Assembly (NCBI GenBank): GCA_044235645.1
Contig: JBIIHQ010000006.1
Coordinates: 85,952 to 149,951, forward strand
Length of the DNA: 64,000 nucleotides
From: Bdellovibrionota bacterium
Lineage (GTDB): Bacteria; Bdellovibrionota_C; UBA2361; OMIW01
Direction: 5' to 3'
Shown here: in pieces, positions 1 through 9,476 of the stretch
Layout of the letters: the number at the start of each line of letters is the position of its first letter
Position numbering within the stretch: position 1 is the first letter of the stretch
Translations under genes and position numbers: made by a program
Notes under the pieces: generated by a model
What the model saw: the letters and a program-made list of their open reading frames with translations, nothing else
What the model was told of the DNA's origin: nothing
The model's database searches: none

Positions 1-1524
1 ATCGGGACGACTTTTAACGTTTGGGTTACATTTGTCCTGCTTGTCTATCTTTTCGAATGGACAAGACCCATCGATACATGTCCATGGGGGACAGCCTGAG
101 TACCGCTTCCAATGAGACATGGTGATTACCTTGGCGGGACGCTCGAGAACATTTGCCTTGCCAAACTCTTCGAACCCGAGCTCCGGATATTCACAGTTAA
201 AACCGCCAAGTTCGTCCCCACGGAGGTATTGCATTCGGTCATCCCCGACTCCATCTGTGTCACCCAGTGCATACAGGTCCGGATACCCCAGGATGTTACA
301 ATCACTCTTCCCCACCCGAAGAGCCGCTGCCACCGCAGCCATCGGCTCCGAGAGAGTGTTCAGGTGAAGATTGAATGGAAACCAACTCGGGAGGGTTAAT
401 TTAAGCTGAGGAAATTTGAAGCCGAGCTTTTTAACCGCAGTCTCGGCTGCCTTCTGAGCAACGGCATCGAGGGTCTTCGGAAATATATCGCCAGCCATTC
501 CGGTCGTAATCTTCAGGGAGCTACTGAAAGTGCTCTCAAGATTATTGATCTTACCGATAATCTGTCCACCGAGATTAAGGACCTGCGTTATCATACCCAT
601 CACGGCGTAGATCGGATTAAAAAACGGCATGACAAAGAGAGAGGTCGCTGGCGCCCGTGAGAGGAGAAAGTGCACCGGATCGGCAGACCAACTCGGGATA
701 AACTTTAGCCGAGCCCCATCGTTGATATGAGTCTTTACCAACATGAGGCTCAACCCCGGGACCTCGGACAGCAATCTGAGGGGAGACATCTGTAAATTGA
801 CGCTCGCCTCTCTCCCTGCTGTCATCGCAGCACCACGTCCTCTATCATTCGCGTTATGACTCGGCTGGAGTGCCGTCGAAATGGCTGCTTTCAGGACGTT
901 TTCAACTTCTTTTCCTGGGGATTCTATATTGACTCCACGAACAGCAAACGCGAGCTTAACAACCGACATGCGGAGAAATGTGAGGAGAAAGCTCACCCCG
1001 GGATTCGGATTTAACCCCCTAAAAACAGCCATAATGGGGGTAGGCCAGTAATCGCTCTGGAACGGTTGTCGCGTCACCTCGTACCGCGAAACTGGAGTTC
1101 GATACTCGTATGCAGGGAACAGGGGGACGCACACTCCAAACACTCTAAACCCACACCAACATCCTGGAATAATGCGAAAATCCATGCATTGAAAGAAATT
1201 AGCGAATTCCTTGCCCGTGTCAACTATGTAATTGGAAGGTCCGCTCACGACGTCCGTCCCGAGGTAATTACCTGCAAGATACCCTGAATAATTGTCCTCG
1301 TTTATATTGACCGATTCCGTAGCACCCGAGAGAACCTCCTCTTCGCCGTAGCCAAGTCGCCACTTTTCGAGCCGCTCTCCTTCCTCCTTAATCGACACCC
1401 CCTGACCAAAACTGGGGGTCGCAAGGACACTCAGCAAAAGGGCCCCGACGATAAAAACATTCAATAGAGCCAATCTTCGATGCGTAGGCCCAAAGATGGC
1501 TCCCGTGAAATCTCTCACAATCAT
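1..1524 (-). CDS. Secreted Cys-rich TraU-like (F-type T4SS / ICE PFL_4710-like) protein; 3' end runs off the window
   Basis: Not in the ORF track because it has no stop inside the window. By hand translation the minus frame is open from 1704 to 1. ATG 1524 precedes a signal-peptide-like stretch (RRLALLNVFIVGALLLSVLATPSFG). Motifs CMDFRIIPGCWCG..C, YRTPVSRYEVTRQP and WKRYSGC resemble TraU-family motifs. Alternative ATGs at 1560-1704. Confidence 0.6.
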   Translation of the reverse strand, partial: MIVRDFTGAIFGPTHRRLALLNVFIVGALLLSVLATPSFGQGVSIKEEGERLEKWRLGYGEEEVLSGATESVNINEDNYSGYLAGNYLGTDVVSGPSNYIVDTGKEFANFFQCMDFRIIPGCWCGFRVFGVCVPLFPAYEYRTPVSRYEVTRQPFQSDYWPTPIMAVFRGLNPNPGVSFLLTFLRMSVVKLAFAVRGVNIESPGKEVENVLKAAISTALQPSHNANDRGRGAAMTAGREASVNLQMSPLRLLSEVPGLSLMLVKTHINDGARLKFIPSWSADPVHFLLSRAPATSLFVMPFFNPIYAVMGMITQVLNLGGQIIGKINNLESTFSSSLKITTGMAGDIFPKTLDAVAQKAAETAVKKLGFKFPQLKLTLPSWFPFNLHLNTLSEPMAAVAAALRVGKSDCNILGYPDLYALGDTDGVGDDRMQYLRGDELGGFNCEYPELGFEEFGKANVLERPAKVITMSHWKRYSGCPPWTCIDGSCPFEKIDKQDKCNPNVKSRPD

Positions 1525-1725
1525 GGCTGTCCCCCTCAGCGGTGCAATCAGTCTCGACATTTCCCTCGGCTGTATCCGAGAACCAAACGGTCGCCCTCTA
1601 CCACGCATTATGCCCCCTGTCCTGATAGCAACACCCCTCTCCTTGCCACCTGCGCTCCAACTCCCTGCTGACATCACCATTCCCCACCGATCGCTCTCGC
1701 TCATCGCTCACGTGACCCCCCATGA

Positions 1726-2445
1726 TCATCTTTTTGACGGGGTTGGCGCCCGGGTCGAACGACTGGCCCCCTTCACCTCGAATCGCTCCAGAGCGGCATC
1801 GCCCTGATATCGATACAAAGCCCTATTAGTGAGACGAATCCGTGACGGAAGACAGGAAAGCTGTAAACTCTCGGCGAAGCCTCGCGCTACTGGGGATGAT
1901 TTCTGATTAAGCACCTGCAGTTGCACGTTCTCCCCAAACTTTTCCTCGAAATTGAGCGGCGGGTTATCAGCCAGAAAAAGTATGTCGCCTACCACTTGCT
2001 CCTCTCCGGGGAGATCTTCGAGCGCAAAATCTATTTTTTCCTCGTTCGATGACGCGCATTCTTCATAATCAGGTGGGCTCTCCCACTCCTTCACTCGCTT
2101 CTCCGCTGTCTTTATCAGCTCTTTGTACGTTCCTTTACCCTGCTCGATGGCCGCCTTCTTCATTTTTTCCATCATCTCGTTCGAGACCTGAGCATCGGCA
2201 AACGGGACGCCACCCTCAAAGCGCAAATGGCGAATAGTTGTCGGGTACTGGGGAGAGAGACGCCCCGCCGCCTCCCTCGCCTCGTTCACCGAACGCTCCA
2301 TCTTCGACCGGAAGTCAAGCGATTCAGGAGATGGTCGTTCATCCAGAAGTTCCTCAAGCGGTTCCGCACTGACCCTTACTGAAACGGAGGAGAGAACGAG
2401 TAGTCCTGCTCCCAGCGCCACCAGATGCCTTCGCCCTCTCATCAT
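1726..2445 (-). CDS. Secreted protein, weakly TraW/TrbC-like
   Basis: Track ORF 1726..2643; likely start MMRGRRHLVALGAGLLVLSSVSVRVSA (signal peptide). KELIKTAEKRVKEWESPP and FAESLQLSCLPSRIRL recall TraW segments. Directly upstream of the TraU-like gene. The CDS is likely real; the family call is weak. Confidence 0.45.
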   Translation of the reverse strand: MMRGRRHLVALGAGLLVLSSVSVRVSAEPLEELLDERPSPESLDFRSKMERSVNEAREAAGRLSPQYPTTIRHLRFEGGVPFADAQVSNEMMEKMKKAAIEQGKGTYKELIKTAEKRVKEWESPPDYEECASSNEEKIDFALEDLPGEEQVVGDILFLADNPPLNFEEKFGENVQLQVLNQKSSPVARGFAESLQLSCLPSRIRLTNRALYRYQGDAALERFEVKGASRSTRAPTPSKR

Positions 2446-2871
2446 CACTGTCCCCATCCGTGAGAATCCCCCCATGTCGGCATTCTGAGCCAGGCGCTGC
2501 CCTTGCCCCACAGCGTGAGCCTGCCCCCCCGAATTGTTCCATCCCGCCCATCGGCACGCCACCTCCCCAAGGTTATGCGGAAGGCACTCAGAAACTGTAC
2601 GTAATCCCTCATAAAAGGTACCCTCTCGGCACGACCGGAGCAACGAAAATCAAGACAACCTCTCGACAGCCCGATAGATTTTGTAAAGAAGAACAGCTGT
2701 CCCTAGCGCACTCATCAGGGTAGCGAGAGCATAACGAGAGGAAGATGTTCTAATGAGTCGGTGAACGGGCGGTTTGGGCAGGCCGGAGGCGGCATTCAAG
2801 TAATCGACTACTGCTGCGTGAGGAGGAGGCGCTCTATGAGTTGGGCATTTGGAAAGGACGATAGTGTCGTG

Positions 2872-4746
2872 ATGGCTCACACACGAACCACCATTAGTCG
2901 AGCGCTGTTGGTAATAACATCGTTTGCGCTTATTTTTCGATCCCTCCCGTCTGATGCTGCGGATAATCCTGAAACCCTTCCATCATTCAGGGCGATGGAG
3001 AGGGTCGTCAAAAATCAGCAGTCGGCGCTCGTCAAAGAGGTGTCAAAATTCCAGGCAGAGCTCGTTGACGACGTTGCGGAAACGAAAAAACAGCTCGACG
3101 ATCAAGCCAATGTGCTTGCAGGGAAGGTTCTGATCCATTTTGGACCACAGTTTGCACCGGTCGTTCAAGAGTTGAACTCTTCCGAATTTGTCAAAGAGTT
3201 CCTCGCTGCTCGTGCGGCTCGAATTAAGGCCACCTCCGGTCAGGTATCCGCTCAAGCGACCGGCGTTGCGTTAATGACGACCGAGCCCCAGAACATAGAC
3301 ATCCAGGCGACGATCGGGCAGTTATCCACCACTCAGTTGGACAGATTCAACAATCTGGCCAGCGGGCTGTTCAATAACGTTTCGTCGGTCCTCAATAGTC
3401 CAATCACTCAAACGACGGTCAACACACTTTCAGGGTTGGCCAACGAAAATAGCAATCTGCTGAACACCGCTATCTCGACCTACAACACGCTCACCAATTC
3501 CACGATCCCGAACACCGAGCAAGCGATTCAGCTCGCTCAGAACACTTTGAACGGCTACCTCGGCCAACAGGCAAGCCTCATCACGCAGATAGCAAGTTCA
3601 ACTAATTTGCTGAGCGCCGCGGAAGCGACCTTGACGACCCTTGTCCCAGGTTCGGCAGAGTATGTCGCCCTGGCTAATGACATTTTGACCTTCACCTCTG
3701 ATTTAAGCGGCTTTAATTCTACTCTCAGTAATCTTACCAACACCCTGATTCCTGATGCCAATGGCCTCATAGGGTCCCTTACAACCCAATTAAATGGATT
3801 TATCGACCAAGCAAACCTGCTCAACTTGGTCGATATTCCGTTTCTTGACACCGCAGTTCAATCGTTGAACAGCTTCTTCAGTGGAGCGAGCCTCTCAACC
3901 GTATTCTCGAGCGGCCAGGGTTTTTTGAGTAAGTTGGGCTTCGGGGGAAGCATTGGAGGGATCGGCTCAATCCTCAAGCTGATAGAGCTGGTCGGGAAGG
4001 TGAGCCAGGCTATCAATTTTGTGGCGAGCACTTACCAGGCCGTCATTGCTGTTGTCGACTTGGTGACGAATTTGATGGCGGGCGATTTCCTTCAGGCGGT
4101 GCTGGCGATTGTCGATAATCCGCTCAACCTGGCGATCGGACTGGTAGATGACGTTGGCACCGCCCTGATAACAAAAGGGTCCGTTTCTTTGAGCGATACA
4201 TCGATAGATAAGCTCGCGAGCTCAGCAGGGAATATATTCGGCATGTCGGTGTTAACAAATTTTGCGAAGGCAATAGGAGGATTGAGCAAGCTCATTGACG
4301 ATGCTCCTGGGGTATTTTCCGGCGTCTTTGGAAGCGGAGGAGGGTCGGGTGGGAGCGGAGGCGGAGTGGTCTTTGCGATGAAAGCGGATAGCAACCGTTA
4401 TTCGGCCCCCCAGACGGCGCGTGCAGTCTCGGCGGATCCATCGAGGAAGCTGGTGTTCGGTGATTCCTCTCGGAAAACAACGAGCAAAAACTTTTGCTCT
4501 GGTGCGCGCAGAGGGGCTGCGAAGAAGAAGTGCATCAAGCGGGAGAGAATCATCTGGATAAAATTCCAGGCAAGACTTCGTTCTCACCTCAGAGATGGTG
4601 TGAAGCAGATTAAATCGTCGAAGGTTCGCTCTCGGATCCAGAGGAAGGCCTTCAAAGGTAAGACGCTTGCGATAATTCTGAAGGAGACCGTCAGCGACCT
4701 CCAAGGCACCACAATACCGCCGGAGTTACTCACTCCCGCGAGTTGA
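2872..4746 (+). CDS. Large secreted alpha-helical protein of unknown function
   Basis: Long ORF (track 2761..4746). ATG 2872 precedes a signal-like segment, then a coiled coil, an N/T/S/L-rich middle, hydrophobic helices, a GSGGGSGGSGGG linker and a basic C-terminus. Confidence 0.75.
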   Translation: MAHTRTTISRALLVITSFALIFRSLPSDAADNPETLPSFRAMERVVKNQQSALVKEVSKFQAELVDDVAETKKQLDDQANVLAGKVLIHFGPQFAPVVQELNSSEFVKEFLAARAARIKATSGQVSAQATGVALMTTEPQNIDIQATIGQLSTTQLDRFNNLASGLFNNVSSVLNSPITQTTVNTLSGLANENSNLLNTAISTYNTLTNSTIPNTEQAIQLAQNTLNGYLGQQASLITQIASSTNLLSAAEATLTTLVPGSAEYVALANDILTFTSDLSGFNSTLSNLTNTLIPDANGLIGSLTTQLNGFIDQANLLNLVDIPFLDTAVQSLNSFFSGASLSTVFSSGQGFLSKLGFGGSIGGIGSILKLIELVGKVSQAINFVASTYQAVIAVVDLVTNLMAGDFLQAVLAIVDNPLNLAIGLVDDVGTALITKGSVSLSDTSIDKLASSAGNIFGMSVLTNFAKAIGGLSKLIDDAPGVFSGVFGSGGGSGGSGGGVVFAMKADSNRYSAPQTARAVSADPSRKLVFGDSSRKTTSKNFCSGARRGAAKKKCIKRERIIWIKFQARLRSHLRDGVKQIKSSKVRSRIQRKAFKGKTLAIILKETVSDLQGTTIPPELLTPAS

Positions 4747-5152
4747 ACCTGGGCTCGGTCAGCGAGATTCTCTGACAGGAATCCGATACGTCAAGCAGGG
4801 AAGGTTGCCACGGGCGAAGATTTACCTTACTGTTGGGTGAGTGAGGAGCCGTTACTTATGCTGCCCAACAGTCGCTCGGACCACCCCCTCCTTTTGTCGT
4901 ATATGGACGCAGGATGGGGACCAATCATGACCAGAGGTTTGTCTGAGAAGAAGGGTTGGGGGACGTTCTCGGCACTGTTGTCCAGTGAGAGCTGACTACG
5001 AGAACAGGGGTGGGCCACGTGCGGTACCTTTTTAGGTTGGTCCTTCATGCCTCTCTGCCCGTGGCTTTGTCTTCGTCACGGAGAATCAGCTCCCCCTATC
5101 CTGAAACGGATTCTACATCCCGTTGCAACTGAGTCACCACTTTTCGATAGCC

Positions 5153-5929
5153 ATGCTCAACGCCACCCTTATCAAACGAATCGATGTTACCCCTGAACTT
5201 GTCATCCTTCGGGTAGAACCTGATGCGGGGGTTCCTGAGTTTCAGGCGGGCCAGTACGTTGCCCTCGGACTTCCGGGAGGGGCTCCCCGTCCCGCGTCGT
5301 TTCCAGCGGAGGATCCCGTGCCGGAACCGACGAAGGTGATCAAGCGCGCTTACTCGATTGGTTCTTCACCCACCGTTCGAGACTACTTTGAATTTTATGT
5401 CGCTATTGTCCCTGATGGTTCGCTGACATCTCGACTCGCGATGTTACATGAGGGCGATCGGCTCTTTTGCGGCCCCAAGGTAACCGGCCACTTTACTCTA
5501 GCTCCGGTCCCCTCATCTGCTCACCTCATTTTCGTGGCAACCGGCACGGGGTTGGCTCCGTTTACTTCAATGATGGGACTTGAAGGAACCTGGATTCCGG
5601 GAAGGACTATTACTCTGCTCCACGGGGTCCGTCACCTCGAGGATCTCGGATATCGGGATGAGCTTGAGCAGCTGCAGGAAGCCCGAGGGTCTTCCTTCCG
5701 GTATATTCCGTTTGTCAGTCGCGCAGCCCCACCCGCATCAGGACTCCCTGGTCACGTGACCAGATTCTTTGAGGAACGGCTCGCTCCGTATACGCCCGAG
5801 ACTCACCACATTATGTTATGTGGCAACCCGGCGATGATCGATGCAGTGGAGCAAGTCACCGTCAGCCAGGGCTTCACGGTACACTCAAAAAAGGAGGCGG
5901 GAAATCTTCACTTCGAGAAGTACTGGTAG
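5153..5929 (+). CDS. fpr: Ferredoxin/flavodoxin-NADP+ reductase
   Basis: RAYSIGS FAD motif, GSLTSRL, ATGTGLAPF, MLCGNPAM and C-terminal EKYW. Confidence 0.92.
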   Translation: MLNATLIKRIDVTPELVILRVEPDAGVPEFQAGQYVALGLPGGAPRPASFPAEDPVPEPTKVIKRAYSIGSSPTVRDYFEFYVAIVPDGSLTSRLAMLHEGDRLFCGPKVTGHFTLAPVPSSAHLIFVATGTGLAPFTSMMGLEGTWIPGRTITLLHGVRHLEDLGYRDELEQLQEARGSSFRYIPFVSRAAPPASGLPGHVTRFFEERLAPYTPETHHIMLCGNPAMIDAVEQVTVSQGFTVHSKKEAGNLHFEKYW

Positions 5930-6095
5930 GACGGTTGAGAGAAAAGGGGCAAGCCACCAAGAGGGCAATGGAGACCCTCGATATCGCTTTAATGCGGTTT
6001 ATCGACGGGTGTTGTCGTCGGTGTCGCCCTTTTGCCCAATTAGACCCTCCTCCCCATCGCGGCCTATACGCATCAAGGAAACAGGTCTGGTTCCG

Positions 6096-7070
6096 CTACA
6101 TCCGCTGAGTATCAAGGTCAGATATCAGTTCCTCGAGAGCGGCGATTTTCGGATATCGGCTCGTCACGAGACGAGCTTCTTGGTGCGCGCGTTCCGCGAT
6201 AATCTTTGCGGTTGAGAACTCACCTCTTCGATATTGAGCGTCAGCGGAAAGATGGAGCAACTGAGCCGAGCGCCACCCTGAACCCCGGCATGCATCGAGA
6301 GCCAGCTGCGCGGCGAATTCTGGCTTGTAGCTTTTGGGATTCAGGTAGCATTGCGCGAGAAGCGCCGTCGTTAACGGATAGCCTGGTCGCAAAGTCAACA
6401 CTCTATTGAGCTCATCACGAGCTTCTTTCACCAACCCCGAATCGATCAACACTTCAGCGTAGGCCAAAATCGCTTCAACCGACTGACGACGGGGAGAATG
6501 CGAGAGACGGTGCAGCTCCTGTACCGAGGCCTTCCGCTCGCCACGACGATACCAGTCCCAGTTTCTTGCCGCCTGAATGACCGATTCTCCCGCCCGCTCC
6601 TCTGGCGATAGTCCCTGCTCAAGCTCAAATACCTCGTCAAGCAGCTCGCGAGAACTTCCCGCGCTGACGAAGCACCACGCGGCAAGGCCAATCAGCTCAG
6701 CATCCGGTGCAAAGCGTTTCGCGGCCCGAATCGCCATCAGCCCTGCTTCATGAAAAAGGCCCTGCCACATCTTGAGCTTGACAAGTCGGATGTAGGGGCG
6801 TCTGTCGTCTGGACGTTGGACTATCAGGAGCCTCAAATGATCCTCGGCTTCCTGAAATCGCTGAAGTGTCACGAGGCATTGTGCGAGGTCAAGCCGCGCG
6901 CAGAACGCCGCCGGATGATTCGGACTTGCCAGAAGTCCTCGCTTGTATTGCCCCACCGCTGCATCATACAGCCCCGAGCGATGTGCCCGAGCAGCCCGGA
7001 CCCAAGACAGGTTCGGTGCCGTTCGCCACGCCCTCATAAAATCGATGGAAAGTAAAAAAAATTGATACAT
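6096..7070 (-). CDS. Tetratricopeptide-repeat protein
   Basis: Repeated TPR-like helices (YDAAVGQYKRGL, LAQCLVTLQRFQEAEDHL, YAEVLIDSGLVKEARDEL). Start 7070 or 7127. Confidence 0.8.
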   Translation of the reverse strand: MYQFFLLSIDFMRAWRTAPNLSWVRAARAHRSGLYDAAVGQYKRGLLASPNHPAAFCARLDLAQCLVTLQRFQEAEDHLRLLIVQRPDDRRPYIRLVKLKMWQGLFHEAGLMAIRAAKRFAPDAELIGLAAWCFVSAGSSRELLDEVFELEQGLSPEERAGESVIQAARNWDWYRRGERKASVQELHRLSHSPRRQSVEAILAYAEVLIDSGLVKEARDELNRVLTLRPGYPLTTALLAQCYLNPKSYKPEFAAQLALDACRGSGWRSAQLLHLSADAQYRRGEFSTAKIIAERAHQEARLVTSRYPKIAALEELISDLDTQRM

Positions 7071-7283
7071 ACCCCTAACCCCTTCGTCCCCAGGAGATGA
7101 TCGCCGTGCCCCGCAATCCCTTATCATCTGCTCTCTCCCTCTGATCCTTCCAAAGACTTGGTTTGGTTCTGCTATATCTTATACCAATCAATGTTTTAGT
7201 TACGACGACCCGACTTTACACACTCTTCAGGGAGAGGTATAGCGAAAAAAGGATTTTTTTAAATGCGAGGAGCATTACCTGAT

Positions 7284-8690
7284 ATGTCCCCTGCCTCGAC
7301 TGACCTTTTGATCGCCCTTTCGAGCGTTTGTACGACCCGGAGTGATACCGAATCCTGTCTATCATATGGAAAGGACTGGCTAAAGGACTATGAGCCAGCA
7401 CCGATGTGCATCTGCTTTCCCCGCTCCGTTGGGGAGGTTCAGAGCGTTGTCCGCCTCTGTCACCAGGCTCGGCATCCCATCGTCCCTTCTGGCGGGCGGA
7501 CCGGACTTGCTGGGGGTGCCACGGCATCAGAGGGCGAAGTAGTCGTTTCGCTGGAAAAAATGAATCGCATTATCGCAGTCGACACGGCAGAGCGGACAAT
7601 CCGGGCTGAGGCAGGAGCGACAACAGAGGCTCTCCAGACGGCGGCTCATGAGGCGGGGCTTTTCCTACCAATCGATTTCGCCTCAAAAGGGTCAAGCCAG
7701 CTTGGGGGTAACATTGCCACGAATGCCGGGGGGATCCGGGTAATTCGATGGGGCATGACCCGAGCCCACGTGGCCCAACTCGACGCGGTGCTGGCGGATG
7801 GGACTCTTCTCAGATGTGGCCATGGGCTTATTAAGGACCAAGGGGGATACGATCTCAAGCAGCTGTTTATCGGCTCAGAGGGCACCCTCGGGATCATTAC
7901 TGAAGCGACCCTGAGGCTTACAACACCTCCCCCCCCTTCTCTTCGGGTGTGGGCGGGGCTGGATACCCTGGTTCAAGCCACCACTCTCCTCGAATTTTGT
8001 CGTGACCGGGGAGTGATTCTCGATCTTTTCGAGCTCGTCATGCGCGAGGCGTTGGAACCGGTGCTAACTTTCAAGCAGAAGCGCGACCCCCTCTCTCAAC
8101 GCTATCCCGCATATGCGCTCCTTGAGGCAGAGATGCCATCGGCTCCCAATGGCAGGGATATTGTCGAGGAGATTCTTGTCGAAGCCTGCGAACGGGGACT
8201 CGTCGCCGATATGGTAGTTGCAGAGTCGACCACTCAGGCGCAGGAGCTTCTGTCACTCCGCGAACTGGTGAGCGAGACCCTCTCTTCTCACTACACCATC
8301 CACAAGAATGACGTGTCGGTAAGATCAAGCGAAATTCCTGCCTTTATTGAGGAGATTATTACCCGAGCGCGCGAATGCGAGCCGACCTTTGCGCCCGCAA
8401 TATTCGGCCACCTCGGTGATGGTAACCTTCATATCAACTTCCTCAAGCCACCAGCGATGTCAGATGATGTCTTCTTTGCACGATGTCACCTCCTTGATGA
8501 TACACTCTTTTCGTGTGTCGCTCGGTACCACGGAAGTGTCGCCGCTGAACACGGCGTGGGGCTCCTGAAGCGAGATTTTCTCCATTACTCCCGCTCCCCC
8601 GAGGAGATCGCGGTCATGCGCGCTATCAAGGAGGCGCTCGATCCGCACCGTATCTTTAATCCCGGGAAGGTTCTCCCGTTTCAGGGCTAG
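7284..8690 (+). CDS. FAD-binding oxidoreductase, GlcD / D-2-hydroxyacid dehydrogenase family
   Basis: PSGGRTGLAGGA, GGNIATNAGG, GYDLKQLFIGSEGTLGII, GHLGDGNLH, AEHGVG, LDPHRIFNPGK. Confidence 0.92.
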   Translation: MSPASTDLLIALSSVCTTRSDTESCLSYGKDWLKDYEPAPMCICFPRSVGEVQSVVRLCHQARHPIVPSGGRTGLAGGATASEGEVVVSLEKMNRIIAVDTAERTIRAEAGATTEALQTAAHEAGLFLPIDFASKGSSQLGGNIATNAGGIRVIRWGMTRAHVAQLDAVLADGTLLRCGHGLIKDQGGYDLKQLFIGSEGTLGIITEATLRLTTPPPPSLRVWAGLDTLVQATTLLEFCRDRGVILDLFELVMREALEPVLTFKQKRDPLSQRYPAYALLEAEMPSAPNGRDIVEEILVEACERGLVADMVVAESTTQAQELLSLRELVSETLSSHYTIHKNDVSVRSSEIPAFIEEIITRARECEPTFAPAIFGHLGDGNLHINFLKPPAMSDDVFFARCHLLDDTLFSCVARYHGSVAAEHGVGLLKRDFLHYSRSPEEIAVMRAIKEALDPHRIFNPGKVLPFQG

Positions 8691-8705
8691 CGCCTTAATC
8701 GCAAC

Positions 8706-8731
8706 GGGGGAATCTCGTATCGGTTTCCCCC
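8706..8731. terminator. Putative intrinsic terminator hairpin after the FAD oxidase
   Basis: GGGGGAA...TTCCCCC stem 15 bp after the stop codon, followed by only a short T-run. Confidence 0.4.
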
Positions 8732-9066
8732 TTTCGCAAAAAAATCCATCACTCTGCACGTTGGTACACCTACCCCTTCTGCCGGATCATCCGACGCGAT
8801 TTTCGTGAAAAAAAATTACGGCACCGAAGCAGACAGATTCGAGCAGGAATATCAAGAACGGGGGTAATACCGTCGTTTAGCCACTCATTGGCGAGATGGG
8901 GTGAATTGATTGTTGATATCACCACAACGCGACCTAAAGAGCGGTTGTTACTCCGAATGTGACCACACCAGGGCAGAATTCGCTCTTCAAGCGCATATCC
9001 ATCTCGAATTACCAATCGGTGCTGCTCCAGCGCGACAACCGCAGGGCAGAGAAGCAGGAGAATCGA

Positions 9067-9282
9067 ATGGATAAGAACATATTGTTGTTGAACGTCGCGG
9101 AAGTATCAGAGATACTCCGGATTAGCCGTGCCAAGGTCTATCTTCTTCTGCAAGAGGGAACCTTACATGGTTTCAAGCTCGGGGCTGATTGGCGGATAAA
9201 GCGAGAATCGCTTGAGCAGCTGGCAGGCCCGATTCCTGATGATTTTTTTAATCGCAAGCGGAGGCAAAAAAGAGCCGCATAA
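9067..9282 (+). CDS. Small excisionase/BldC-like HTH DNA-binding protein (HTH_17)
   Basis: LLNVAEVSEILRISRAKVYLLLQEGTLHGFKLGADWRI fits the Xis/BldC pattern. AGGAG ribosome-binding site before ATG 9067. Confidence 0.85.
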   Translation: MDKNILLLNVAEVSEILRISRAKVYLLLQEGTLHGFKLGADWRIKRESLEQLAGPIPDDFFNRKRRQKRAA

Positions 9283-9476
9283 CTCAACGGTCCGGATAGT
9301 GCCCTCATCTCCGTTTTCGGCAGAACTTGATCCAACAACGTGCCGTCCCCCATTGCGCACCCCACGATTCCCATTATCATATCAAGACGCCATTCAGACC
9401 GATTACCCACTCAGTAAGCTCCTTCCACTGAACTCATCGAATGGACGGAAAACCTCAACTTTCGGTCAGATTCACC

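Noticed and set aside
4730-5100. tmRNA-like words on the minus strand (GGGGGAGCTGATTCT ... GGTTCAACTC)
   Set aside because: The T-stem does not pair, and there is no acceptor stem or CCA end.
7054-7061. A8 homopolymer near the TPR gene start as a phase-variation tract
   Set aside because: The run is short, the frame is intact and similar runs occur elsewhere.
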